From NCBI GenBank assembly GCA_010909165.1, contig MU008229.1, positions 60,512 to 124,511 on the forward strand: a stretch of 64,000 nt of DNA, read 5' to 3'. Under the pieces are notes generated by a model. That model made no database searches, was not told the DNA's origin, and saw nothing but the letters and a program-made list of their open reading frames with translations. Both the position numbers and the translations under genes were made by a program. The DNA is from Anthoceros angustus. Taxonomy: Eukaryota; Plantae; Anthocerotophyta. Numbering within the stretch: the first letter of the stretch is position 1; each line of letters begins with the position of its first letter. This document shows positions 48,158 through 61,033 of this stretch, piece by piece.

Positions 48158-50220
48158 ATGCTCACGGCCACAGCCATCGCTGGATCGCTCGCTGGCACAC
48201 GACACGCTTCCGCAGGCACAGCCTCAGGCTCCTTCAAGCTCTCCCTGTGCAAACGTAAACAAGCTCGCGGGTGCGGGATCGTGGCGATGCTCAGGAAGAT
48301 GCTCGACTTTCAGCCTGAGAGAGCGGAGCCTGTGTCCGAGAGGGAAGCGGGCGGTAAAATCATCGCCCGGCTCGATAATACCTGATTGACTCAGGACTGT
48401 GCATGGAATTTCCGGCAGTATTCTGCATTGGTAAACTTGCCGTGGCGGTTGGGAGATTGCAACCTGAACAGGAAATAGGCGGTTCGAAGCTGACACCAGA
48501 CCCAAAAAGGCATTCTCGGAATCGAGGACAGTTGGAGCATCTTTGGCGGGCCTAGCTAGGGCTTGCTGACGTCGCCGGTGGAACGTTGGAACCGAAGTAC
48601 TTGCTGCAAGTATGCTTATTTGCACCATAGTTTGCAGTGCTGTGACCAGGTCTGGAATTATGTGCAAACAGTCTCATTTTTCCATCAATGCCGTGTTCAG
48701 CTTCTCCAGTCCTTTGCCTGGACAACAGCAAAACTCGCCCGTCAGCAAGTTCAGGCAGATGCCGACAGGGCTCAGACTGCAGGTGAGCTCAGTTCGGAGG
48801 ATCACCTGCTTTTTTCGTTGATTGTGTGATGCAACAACACGATGCAGGTTCTGAGAGCTGGAATGGAAGGCTGCACAACATGCTGCACATGAGACAGTTC
48901 ACCTTGCAGTTTTGAATCAGTTATGGGAAGAAAGGACAGCATTTCACTGACCTTCAGTCCATGGGCCAAGGAACACCAAATTCCGGACCATTTATTTTCT
49001 AACCTAGGCAATAAAACAAAAGAACTCCATAGGCCAAGGACATTTTACTATGAATATCCCCAACTTCCGTCAATCGACTTATTTTCACACCACTCTCGAA
49101 AAAACAAAAATTCACTTGAGGCACATTTTAACGGGGTTTCGAGACTAGATCGTTCTGATTGCTCCTCTCCACCTCAGGTCCCTTTGGTTGTCCCTCGGAT
49201 GGGATTTTCCCATTGGTTTTCACCTCAATAAAAACCTCTATAATTCATTGTATGAGCACATGTTCGTGGACGAAGACAACCCCTCAATCCAATGGATGCC
49301 TCGGCTGTCCATTCATGCGCATAATAAAGAAAATTTTGATTTCAATCGATTGGCCATTCTCTATCCATATGTATCCTTGAACTTAAATTTTGCTCTTTGA
49401 ATATTTCTTGTCTAGGATCATATTGGCTGCATAATTTCTAATGAACCTCGTGGGGCGACCTTGTGGTTGGATCATTATCGCGATAGGGCACCACCCATCG
49501 CGAATCTTGGCCCTTTGGCTTGCTTATGAAGCCCTTGGTATCCGATGTCAAGCGTCGACTTTTGTTATTTACTGCCAAGAAAGGATGTTTTAAAATCCTA
49601 TGGCGCTATCTTATATCGACCTTTGTTGTTTTGCACTCGCAAGAAGGGTTGTTGTGAAGACCTTTGGAGCCGCTTGATATCCTATCTTTGTTATCTTGCA
49701 CACAAGGAGGGCCATTGTTGTAAAGCCTTATGTGGCTTGCTAATGAGTTATCTTCGTTGATGTAAGGCCCTTTGGGATCTTCTAATTGAGTGGAATGTGA
49801 ATACTCAATTTATAAATATAGGTCTTGGCTTGAAGGAAGATTATGTGTTTTATGGATATTATATATGTTGAAATAATTGAGGCATGTAGTTCATATTTAT
49901 GTTTCATTTTGTTAAAGGCAACAGCAAAACTCGCCCGTCAGCAAGTTCAGGCAGATGCCGACAGGGCTCAGACTGCAGGTGAGCTCAGTTCGGAGGATCA
50001 CCTGCTTTTTTCGTTGATTGTGTGATGCAACAACACGATGCAGGTTCTGAGAGCTGGAATGGAAGGCTGCACAACATGCTGCACATGAGACAGTTCACCT
50101 TGCAGTTTTGAATCAGTTATGGGAAGAAAGGACAGCATTTCACTGACCTTCAGTCCATGCTGACATTCGACATCCAGGGTTCCTGCTGGTCACAGTTCAA
50201 GGTTGTTGAGCTCGATTAGA
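48158..50220 (+). other. Possible plastid-targeted gene of unknown identity, interrupted by a duplicated insert
   Basis: MLTATAIAGSLAGTRHASAGTASGSFKLSLCKRKQARGCGIVA is Ser/Thr/Ala/Arg-rich and acid-poor like a transit peptide. Splice-like GT/AG sites follow, but no continuous protein could be assembled with confidence. Confidence 0.3.
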
Positions 50221-50264
50221 GTTGCTGGTTCAAGTGCTGCGTAGCAGCGACCTTTCTCAGGAGA

Positions 50265-50618
50265 CTACCAGTAGTCTCCACAGGAGCACTTCCCGTCCTT
50301 GAAGTGGTGGAAACGGTTTTCATCTCTTGCAATAATTTGCCGTTTGACAGCCTTTGAGATGTACTTGGTGGCAGTATTATGACAGTCCTCACACACACGT
50401 AGGTTCTTCATGATGCGGAGTGTTGTTCCTGGAGGGGTGTTGATGAGCCCGAAAGCAATGGCCAGCTTCTCGCTGTGGTGACAGATGGACTGCTCCTTCT
50501 GCTCTTCCTCTGTGTCATGCAGCACTAGGCTTGTGTTAGGGACATATCCTGCTGACTTGATGTTTATAATGAGACTGTCCAGTCTTGCATAGATTTCTTT
50601 GGTTTGTGGGTGTTGTCT
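50265..50618 (-). pseudogene. Orphan PPR DYW cytidine-deaminase domain, 5'-truncated
   Basis: [11 protein letters not shown]...[13 protein letters not shown]...[34 protein letters not shown]...ISK...[23 protein letters not shown] has intact HSE, CxxC and DYW motifs. Upstream it switches abruptly into the duplicated intergenic DNA. Confidence 0.87.
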
Positions 50619-52544
50619 AAAACAAGTACTTCAATTTCTTATCAGAAGTGTCTTTCATATATGTGAGAGTTGTAAACAAATACTTCAATTTCTTGTTGTT
50701 TTCCTTGAAGTAGTATGTGTCCTTGAGAATGACTAATATATTGCTAGGTTGTGACAATAGAGGATATAGTTGGTGTACATATTCAAAGTAAGTACACCAT
50801 GTTAGATGGTATAGAACTAGTATGTTTCATAGATTATTTTCATATCATGGCACGTATGATTTATCACTAGATTCCAACTTTCTAGTGTGGGATATTCATG
50901 TTATTTAGATGTTGAAGTAGCAACTTATTGTGGTTTTTTTCTTACTTTTTCTTTGTTCTTTAATTTTTTGGCCATATGAAACGTTGTTTTTAGCGTGACC
51001 TTGGACATATGAAGCATTGTTATATTGATTATTACCATGCATTATTTTCATGTTGGAAGAGTTAAACTAATTATGTTTTGCGTATTTCATGTATTGATTG
51101 TGCAAGGTTCCAATTAGGCGTGCATTTGTAGAGTAAGAGTTGTACCTCCTATTTTTTGCGTATTTGATGTAGTGTACAAGTTATACTCATTAATTATTTT
51201 TTGCATATTTGATGTAGTGCTTATGCAGGGTTCCAATTGAAGGGTGTACAGTTGGTCAATATTATTCGAATTCTTATTTTATCATCTGTGTGTTGGTAAG
51301 ACATTAAATTTTGTCATTAGATGCTATCCAATTCAAAGATAAGTATGCCATGTTGTAGAGGCGTTTATGGTTGCTAATATGCTATCTGGAATGTTGTGTG
51401 AAATAGGTGTAAGGCCATACACATGGAGATTAAAGTGGATTCAAAATCTAGCAAACCTTCAATCATAATGGAGATAAGAGTAACTTCTGGAATTTCAAAG
51501 ACTGCTATTGCGAGAAGAGTAAGTTCGTCGAAGGAGCATTTGGTCTTGTCTGAAGATGCAATTATCCTAATTACTGCATTGGGCGATTCTATTCACATCG
51601 GATTACTAGTGGCAAGTCTTATAATAGGAGATGCCAAGCTCTTAATTTGTAAGTGTCGGTTTGAAAAGGTCACCTTGGTTAACCATGAGGGTGAAAGTTG
51701 TGCGATAATGAAACTCACATGCTTAATTTTTGGAGCGATATCGAGTTGCGGCGATTATGTCCTATTGTGGACCATGCGCCTCCTTTGGTCCCAAAGGATG
51801 AGCTCTGGGAAGAGGTAGATGAACATGAGAGACAATGCTATCCGTTATTGTTTGATGATGATTTCTTTAAGAGCTTCATCTAGATATTAGTAGATTTTAT
51901 GAAGGTTATGAAGGAAATTTATTAGGATGGGTCCATGATCTCTTGGTCTAAGATGAGGTATCCTTTAGATTATATTCTTACTGACAAGGATATATTACAT
52001 ATCCATAATTGTTAGTAAGCTCATGTTGGGCTCTCTAGAATGAGGTGTTTTTTTTTTAAAGCCCAACAATTCCACATAGCCCACTCGGGGTTGTGTGGAG
52101 TTGGATGTGGTCCAACTCTTCTTGGCCCCGTGGACTATCTTGAATTTGAGTTTTGCCTCACCCTTACTATTGGACTCTTTAGAATGGGATGTTCACCGTA
52201 TTTCCTCTTAGCCCATATTGGAATGGGACGCTTGTCTCAAGTATTAAGCTTGTTGAATGAAGTGACCGCCCTATTCTTGTAAAATAAAAATCCTCTTCTT
52301 GTCGTAGGGCGCTTTGAATAGGGTGCTCATCCCAAGTTCCAACTGCACTTGGCCCTTAGTTGGCTCGCTTCAACAGGGTGCTTGAGCCAGGATTTAGAGC
52401 TTTTAAGGCCTCGTGTCGGCTCTATGTCGTATGGCCCCTAATGGGCCCTTGATATAAGAGTCCATGTATGGTACAAGATGGTCGAACTTTTCCAAATTAC
52501 ATTTCGAAGTCAACACCAGCAACACGGATGCCATGCCACATGTA

Positions 52545-53170
52545 AGATCACGACGCTATGAATGGATAGCTTACAAGTTCCAACCATGTCCTATTGAACT
52601 AATCGCACCAGCTTTTTTTTCTATTGCGATGAGGTTCCACCTGGGTTTGGTCCTGCCTCTGGCTTGTTCTCTCCCTGTTGTGGGGTCCCATTCGACGACT
52701 CGGGGTCCCACCTAGCTCACCCTCCAATTGGAGGGCAACGATCAATGCCGAGCCGTTTGCGATGTCATGTTCTTGATGGCCAAGGAGAGGCTTATTTTTC
52801 ATACAGTAGTGTCCATATACCTGCGCAATGAGGTGTTGGTCGTAGGCGGATCTATTTCTAATTGGGGATCAAATCTGTTGCGAGATGTCGTAAATTGACT
52901 GGAACTCCATTTGTGAGCATGTCATTATCGACCCTCCAGGGCTATGTGGCGGAGGATGCACGATCGCCAGGTACACACCTTGCGGGATGGCCACGCCTTC
53001 ATCCCTCGCCATTGAGACTTACGGAACTATGGGCAAGGATTTTTTTTGGCTCATTAAGGATTGTGCTAAAGCCTACCACAGTCGTCGGAACGGGCTGGGT
53101 CTCCCTCTTTCCTCGGTGGTGGCTTTCTTCCGACAGCGGGTATCCATCGCCTTGTAGAGGACGCTGGTCA
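52545..53170 (+). mobile_element. CRE-like fragment, duplicate of 29556-30200
   Basis: Part of the large duplication (MRFHLGLVLPLACS; ccattgagacttacggaactatggg). Confidence 0.62.
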
Positions 53171-54566
53171 ACACTATTTACAAGATGGCAATGAGCATAG
53201 GAAACATGACATCATCGGCACCAATTATAGGTAGGCCTTTCCTCATATCAGGTAGCTTCGGGGTTGGCATTAGTGGGGCTAGCCCCTAACTCTTGGCCGT
53301 TTAGTGGGTTGTCCCATCGGTTCGAGGTAGAATGGTTTTCTCAATCTCTTGTTTTTAATAAAGTCTCTATTGTGTCCTAGTTGAACTTGCATGTAGGTGT
53401 GGAAGGAGGAATTTCGTTTTTGGAGAAACGAAAGGTATAATTTATCTGGAATTGTGGTGGGTGTATTGGTTACAGGCGCAGGTGTCGCCAGGGCCCCGGC
53501 GCTTCATGGCGCGGTGAAGAAGGTTGCCTTGGCAGCTGGTTCCAGGGCCGAGAATCCAGTACACCCGGCATCATCAGTGTGGCGCATTTGCCGTGGAGCA
53601 GGCGTCTCCCGGCATCACGGGCCACGGGCCACGCGCCACGGCTCCATCAACCATGCCGGCCTCCGCCCCGCTCTCTCCTGGCTGCCCTGCCTGCCGGTTG
53701 CTCTCCTTTCCTCCCTTCCCCCGTCCTGCCCTGCCCGTTCCCGCCGTGCTTGCTTCCCGATGCAGCCTTCTCGTCCCAACTGCTGTTCCCGTTTCGGGAC
53801 GTCATGCAACCACACCGGTGTTTGCCTGAGCACTTCTTGCCTCTTGCGAATTTGAGTGCTGTTGCATGATTCTGCTGTAGGCACTGTGTGGTTCGTGGAG
53901 AGTGGCGAGGCTCTCGGTCGAGGAATTCGTGAGCTGACGTGGCTGGGTCGGAATTGGCTGAGTGTGCACGGTGGTTTGTAAGTTCCTGCTCTGGTGGTGT
54001 GCGGCTTGGTGTGAGCTGGGGCCTATGTCGGAGGAATTGAGCTGGGATGGGAATGTGGAATCGAAAGTGGAATTGTAGTTGGAATTGCGTCCTTTTCTGG
54101 GATGGTGAGGGTTTTGGCTTCGGTTGCCACGTTTTTGCAGGAGTGGTAGCTGAGAGCGGGTTGCATGCACTGTCTAGTGCCAGCAGTGGCAAGGTGGAGG
54201 TGTCAGCATTGGTACAGGTTTGAGTAGAGAGTTTGGTACTGATTGGGGACTGGTTTAACGTTGGTGCTCAGGCTTTGGGTTTGCAGGATCCTGTCTTAGC
54301 TGGAAGCACTCCGGAGTGCCAACAGGTTGCTCTCAGAAGCTGGAGAGTAGATTGTCCGCTTCAGCGTTGCGGTCTGTGCAACTCAATGAGGTCTGCTGGC
54401 AAGGTATGCCGCCCCTGTTGCATTTGGGGAGGTCATCGTTGTGGAGCAAAGTTCATCTACGCGCAGCTTGTCATGGAGTCTTTGGGAGGAGGGCCTGGGA
54501 GAGTTGTTCGTCTGCTTATTGTATGCATCTCCGTCTGGGAGAGTAGTCCGTCTGCTTACTCTTTGC

Positions 54567-57500
54567 ATGGCCTTGCAGTCTATTCTAAACATCAAAAGGA
54601 AGGGCTCACGGGTTTCTATAAATTCATCAACCGTAAAGACTGATGGCAACCTAAATCTGGACACCCTGGAGCAAATACCAGACAAACTAGGCGTGCTACA
54701 GGTGGATCCTGGCCTTGTCCCTTATCGTGACCATCTGAAGTACAGGTATCAAAGTACCTGCAGCTGAAGGGTAACATTCAGAAGTATGAGGAGGTCTGGA
54801 CACGTTTTCCAAAGGTTCGTTCTCCGACTCTGTGCATTATTTGTCCGTTGCTTGCTGTGAAGAAGGGATAATCATAAGTCACTTGTCTTATGATCTTCTT
54901 ATGAAATTTGATTGAAAACTATTTCATTGAGGCAGGGGTAGAAGTTTGGTTTCGTAAGAAGGTGACTCAATCATATACCGAGAGTGGGCTCCTGCAGCGC
55001 AGTGAGTCATCCCCTCAGGGCAGCACATAGCGGAGTTAGAGAGTGGCTTCAGCTTGAACATTGGTCTGTGCTGGGGCTGCCAGGTTGTGGCTTCAGCTTG
55101 AATTTTTTCTTTGGGATGTTAACTAGATTGTGTGTGTGGTGTCCAGGGCTGCTCAGCTGATAGGTGACTTTAATGGTTGGAACGGATCAGAGCATCACTT
55201 AGGTAAAACCAATTTGGTGTCTGGACAATCAAGCTAACTGACAAAGATGGAAAGGCCGCTATCCCACATGGATCTAGGATCAAGGTGCGACTCCAGAAAG
55301 GGATGGGACCTGGATTGATCAATTCCTGCCTGGATCAAGTGGGCTACTGTTGAGCCTGGAAGAATGGGTGCAGCCTATGACGGTATCTATTGGGACCCAC
55401 CAGCTTCTAAAAGGTTGCTCTATTACATCTGGCAGTGTTCACCTCTGTTTGAAAGCTGTGCAGCTCTTGTCCAGGGTTGGTTGATGCAGTGCAATGCGTG
55501 ACCAGGCTGAATGATGAAGTGATGATCAGTGCTAACAATCTATCTCCCTTGTGACATTCTGAACAGGTTCCAATTCAAGCACCCGAGGCCCCAAAACCTG
55601 CGGCACCACGGATATATGAGGCTCATGTTGGAATGAGTTCCAAGGAGCCACGCATAATATCGTGAATTTGCCGACAATGTCCTTCCTCGAATAAAGGCCA
55701 ATAATTACAATACCGTGCAACTAATGGCAGTGATGGAGCATGCCTATTATGGATCCTTCGGCTATCATGTGACCAACTTTTTGCTGTGAGCAGCCGGTCA
55801 GGCACTCCTGACGAGCTTAAGTATCTGATTGACAAAGCTCACTCATTGGGTTTACGGGTTCTCATGGACGTCGTCCATAGCCATGCAAGCAGCAATGTAG
55901 TTGATGGTCTAAATGGATATGATCTGGGGCAGGGAGCCCAGGATTCCTACTTTTATACTGGCCAAAGAGGCTATCACTCACTATGGGACAGCCGCTTGTT
56001 CAACTATGGAAACTGGGAAGTGCAAAGGTTCTTGCTTTCAAACTTACGCTGGTGGTTCGAGGAATATAAGTTTGATGGGTTTAGATTCGACGGAGTCACA
56101 TCCATGCTATACCACCACCATGGGTTGAATATGGCTTTTTCAGGAAGTTACAATGAATATTTCAGTGAGGCAACAGATGTTGATGCAGTAGTCTACCTGA
56201 TGCTTGCCAACGATCTCATTCACAGTGTTTATCCAGATGCAACTATGATTGCAGAGGATGTGTCTGGAATGCCGACCTTGTGTAGACCTGTTCAAGAAGG
56301 TGGTGTTGGTTTTGACCTCAGATTGGCCATGGCTATCCCAGACAAGTGGATACAATATCTGAAAGACAGGAAGGACGAAGAATGGTCAGTCGGGATATTG
56401 TTCAAACGTTGGTGAACAGGAGATACACAGAGAAGTGTGTTGCCTATGCTGAGAGTCATGATCAAGTACGTCCTGCTCCATCTATACTGTTTGTGCATCA
56501 CCACTGCACCTAAAACTCAAGACAAAATTGCATGTGCGTGTGCAGTCAATGGTGGGGGACAAGGCTTTTGCGTTTTGCTTATGGATAGGAGATGTATGAC
56601 AACATGTCAGATTTGAAACCAGCATCCCCAATTGTTGATCGGGGTATTGCACTCCACAAGGTGAATATGCCAGGCATTAATGTGCTTGATATCAGTGCTG
56701 AGCTGCAGTTTCTCCCCAACAGATCTGCCAGCAGCTACACTGTCACTCATCTCTGTCGCGATTGCAGATGATTCACTTTGTGACCATGGCACTTGGAGGA
56801 GAAGGATATCTCAACTTCATGGGTAATGAGGTAAGGTGTTTCAATGTGCAAGATCTGTGCTTTTCTTTGAGGTCTGCCTTTGAATATGTTGTTGGGTTGT
56901 GTTGCCAGTCTTATCCTCGATCCACCTAGCTCTTGGGCAGTCACATCTCTATCTGGATTATGCAGTTTGGCCATCCAGAGTGGATAGATTTTCCGAGAGA
57001 AGGCAACGGCTGGAGCTATGACAAGTGCCGTAGGCAGTGGAGTTTGGTTGACATTGATCACCTTCGGTACAAGGTATTACTTATGTTTTGTTTCTACTGG
57101 AGAAGCACACTGGACATCGTAGGTGGCATGGCTATCAATGCTTCTTTCTGGACGTGGATGCAGTACATGAACAATTTTGACAAAGCTATGAATGCACTCG
57201 ACGAAAGATTCCATTTTCTTTCCTCTTCCAAGCAGATCGTATCGTCAGCAAATGAATGGGAGAAGGTTGTGGTGCCAACCCCTGTAGTTGTGTCAGTTGG
57301 TTGCAACGGTTAGCTGTCAAGACGCAATGAAAGAAGCTGATCCCAGTTTCATGTTCCTCATAACTTGTCTTATTATGCGATCCAGGTCATCGTTTTCGAG
57401 AGAGAGACCTGGTGTTCGTCTTCAATTTTCACCCAGTGAACACCTATGCTGGGTAGGTGCTTTGTCCAGCTCAATTCACCGACATCTATTCGAGGCAAGA

Positions 57501-57943
57501 GTGAAGAAGCTTAACATAAGTCCTGCCCTGACAGGTACAAAGTAGGTTGCGATCTGCCGGGGAAGTATCGAATAGCATTAGACAGCGATGCCAGAGAGTT
57601 TGGTGGTCACGGTCGCGTAAGTATCATAACCTTCGTTCTGCCGTCCTCCAATACGAGGTTCAGTTCGGGTGCTAACACAGTGTCTTCTGTGAGCAGCTGG
57701 ATCCGACGGTGGATCATTTCACCTCTCCTGAAGGGGAACCTGGGAAGCCAGAAACGAATTTCAACAATAGGCCAAGCTCATTTCAAGTGCTCTCTCCATC
57801 TAGAACTTGTCAGGTGTGCACACGGAGCGCAGCTCTGGACTGAAGTTCCCCAACTTCCCGCCAGCCCCAGTTCTCACGATGTTACACATTTTGGTCGGTT
57901 GTTGCAGGTATATTACAAGGTACCCGAGCCTCCTGCTCGCTGA
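54567..57943 (+). pseudogene. SBE1: SBE1 second copy with multiple 1-bp frameshifts (pseudogene or sequencing errors)
   Basis: Same exons as 31609-35017, with deletions such as tcaaaagtac to tcaaagtac (about 54750) and aacttttttgc to aactttttgc (about 55780), but an intact last exon VYYKVPEPPAR*. Confidence 0.85.
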
Positions 57944-58410
57944 CTCACAGACCTGCAACTGTGAGGTGGACGGATACAAAAAGTGTTCCATCCAAAACAG
58001 CAAAGTTGCTATCAGTGTACGCTAGTCTACTACTACTCCTATCCCACATGTGGTCCTACATCGGCTGTCAGAGCCGGACATTCCGACATACATAGTCTAG
58101 TAGACTTGGAATGTCGAAGTATGTATGTACATGACCCGGAATTCAAATATCCGGTGTAAACTACTTGACGGCTGTGAAAACTCGTTCACCTATGTGAAAT
58201 GATTACGGAGAGGAGACTGTTGCGATTCTAGTCGCCACAATTGAGAGGGTTGGTTGCTGGGCTGTAGTTTGGGAGCAGGCTCTTGGAATTGGGGCCGCCT
58301 CTTGCATGGCTGCATGTTGTGCAGCAGAAATCCCTGCGGTAGGGGGATGGCTGCGCCCCTCTCATCAGTTAGGGACCCTCTTTCCGTTGCTTAGCTCTGT
58401 CAGAGGAAGC

Positions 58411-60686
58411 ATGCTTCGAGGAGCTCATTCCGCAATCTGAGGCTGGTCACGGCCCGCCTGGTGGACTCTCCCCATCCAGCAGCTGCCGCGCTGCACGCGC
58501 TCCGTCTACACTCTTCCCTTCTCCATCCTCCTGAAACGCAGAGCCTTGTGAGAGATTTTGGGGCTGGGATTCTGGATTCTCGCCACGTCATCATTGCCTG
58601 GTCTGCGTCTGCCCCAGAGTGGGTTCCTCGTTCTCTTCTCAGCTTTGTGGGGGTCGGCTATTTGAGCTTCTTGGTTGGGGGTGTGGGCAGGAGGGCAGAG
58701 ACCTCAGCAATTCATCATGGCACAGGAGCTTTACCACCCAAGTTCGGAAAGGTTAGCCTCCTTGTAAGCACATGATGGCGTGCTCAGTTTCTGGAGCAAT
58801 TTCGTTCTAGTCGGCCTGAAATCTGCGAGAAAGGTTTCACTTTAAACTTGTGAAATGTGAGTGTTCCTGTAGTGTCATACACTGTTCTGCATGTGCAGGG
58901 TGAGCTCTTTGTAGGTGTTTGCATTTCATTCTTTTAAGGTCTGCTTCTCTTTGATTGGCTACTCATCCAGTGCCGGACTGTCTGGTTCCCTGGTATCGTC
59001 AGGAGGCAAGCGGAGCCCAAGCAGATGGATGTTGCAGGTCAGTCGGATGGAGCTTCTGTGAGAGAGGCCGCACTGCAGGCAGCTATCTCGAAAATAGAGC
59101 ACGAGTATGGAAAGGAAACAGTCATGTGGATGGGGAGGAACCCCGCCAGGATATCGCAGTTATCTCGACAGGATCGCTATCACTTGATATAGCTTTGGGA
59201 ATCGGTGGCTTGCCAAGGGTACGCTGTGGGCTTTGTGCTTGGGGAGTGTGATGGAAGTTGAGGGTGGTTGTTGACGTGATGTCGCATGTACTGCGTGGTT
59301 CTGCCGGGTCTTCGGAAAGGGCCCCATTTTCTTTTAAGGTTGAGTTCAGCTAACTGGGCTTCCACTACCAGGGCCGTGTTATAGAAATCTACGGACCTGA
59401 GGCGTCCGGAAAAACTACGCTGGCACTCCATGTCGTCGCAGAGGCTCAAAACTAGGAGGTACTGTTCAGAGGCTGATATAATGTGAATGTGCGATGTGTT
59501 TTGCAGGTGGGCCAAACATTGCTGAATCACAGTTCTCCGTGCTGTGCAGGTAAATGTCTCTTCGTCGATGCAGAGCATGCCCTTGACCGATCCTTTGCAG
59601 AGAAGATTGGTGTTGATGTGAACGACCTGTTGCTATCACAGCCTGACGATGGGGAGCAAGCGCTTAATATCACTGACGTTATGATCAGAAGTGGCAGCAT
59701 TGATGTTGTTGTCGTCGACAGTGTGAGTGCTGTTTCTGCTTTGATCGCTTTTCTACATTGCAAGTTTTTTGCTGTGAGAAGATGGGCTTGCAGTTCAGGT
59801 TACTCACATGTCCATTATCATCTTGTACGTGCCAGGTGGCAGCTTTGGTACCCAAAGCAGAATTGGAAGGAGACATGGGTGATTCGCATATGGCCCTGCA
59901 GGCTCGCCTCATGAGCCAGGCCCTAAGGAAGCTTACGCATTCTCTTTCACGCGCCCAAACGACCTCATCTTTATCAACCAGGTCTGTCCGTATCTAAGAA
60001 TCCTCTCCATGTTTGCCAGGTCCTGGTGGTTGTTGGTGATGTTTACTGTGATGGTGGAACAGATTAGATCAAAACTAGGAACTTTTGGAGGATTCGGGGG
60101 TCCCTTAGAGGTGACCTCTGGAGGCAACGCCTTGAAGTTTTATGCCTCTGTCCGGCTTAACATCCGCAGAACAAATATGCTGAAGACAGGAAACGAGGTG
60201 TGCTCACCGGCCAAAATTTGGGCAGTGTGCATTTTAGTATGAGTTTTGTGTACAGTTCATTGATTTCTCTTGCCTGAGTTCATTCACAATGGTGTCTTGA
60301 GAATGGGTTTCTTGGCAGGTAATAGGAAACCAAGTGGTGGTGAAAGTGGCAAAGAACAAACTAGCGCCTCCCTTTAGGACCGCAGAATTTGAGATAGAAT
60401 TCGGCAGAGGCATCTCTCGAGAAGGCGAGGTTTTGGAGTTGGGCGTAAAGCATGGCTTGCTCTCCAAATCTGGGTCCTGGTTTGCCTACAACAAAGAGAA
60501 TTTCGCCAATGGAAGAGATCAGGGCAAGCTGTACCTCCGCGACAACCCTGACTTTTGTGACAAGTTAATTGCACTTATCAAGGAAGCCAGTCTGGATGGG
60601 AGGGCTCTACATCGGACGCAGATACAGTTGAGGACATGGATGAAGAAGACGTTGATCCTCAGGACTTGGATGCTAAGGAGGCGTGA
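58411..60686 (+). pseudogene. RECA: RecA second copy with 1-bp frameshifts
   Basis: Same exons as copy 1, with deletions in C, A and G runs (gaaccccgcc, ctcaaaact, gggagggctc), but intact [10 protein letters not shown] where copy 1 is frameshifted. Confidence 0.85.
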
Positions 60687-61033
60687 GGAAAGTTTGAAAT
60701 TGCGTTTCTAGCATTCTTTCCTCGAGGTTATCCTTAGCAGTCGCAGGTTCAGAGCAAGACCTGAGTTGTTGCGAAGTCAGGATCTTCCTTTAGCACGGCG
60801 GAGGTTTTGCTGCTGAAAAGATGTTTATCCGGAGCCTCGTAATTATGCTTTTGTGAAGCTAGTGCACTGTTACAGCCACAACCCTAAGTACCTGCCATAG
60901 CCTTGGAGAATCTCGCGCACTTTGTACTGTGCTTGCTGTGACTTGCTTCCGGCGCATGGCGGCATTTTTTCACGATTGCGTAGCTTTACGTCGTATGGCA
61001 ATTGTCGAAACCATCTTTTGAAGTGGAGCTGGT

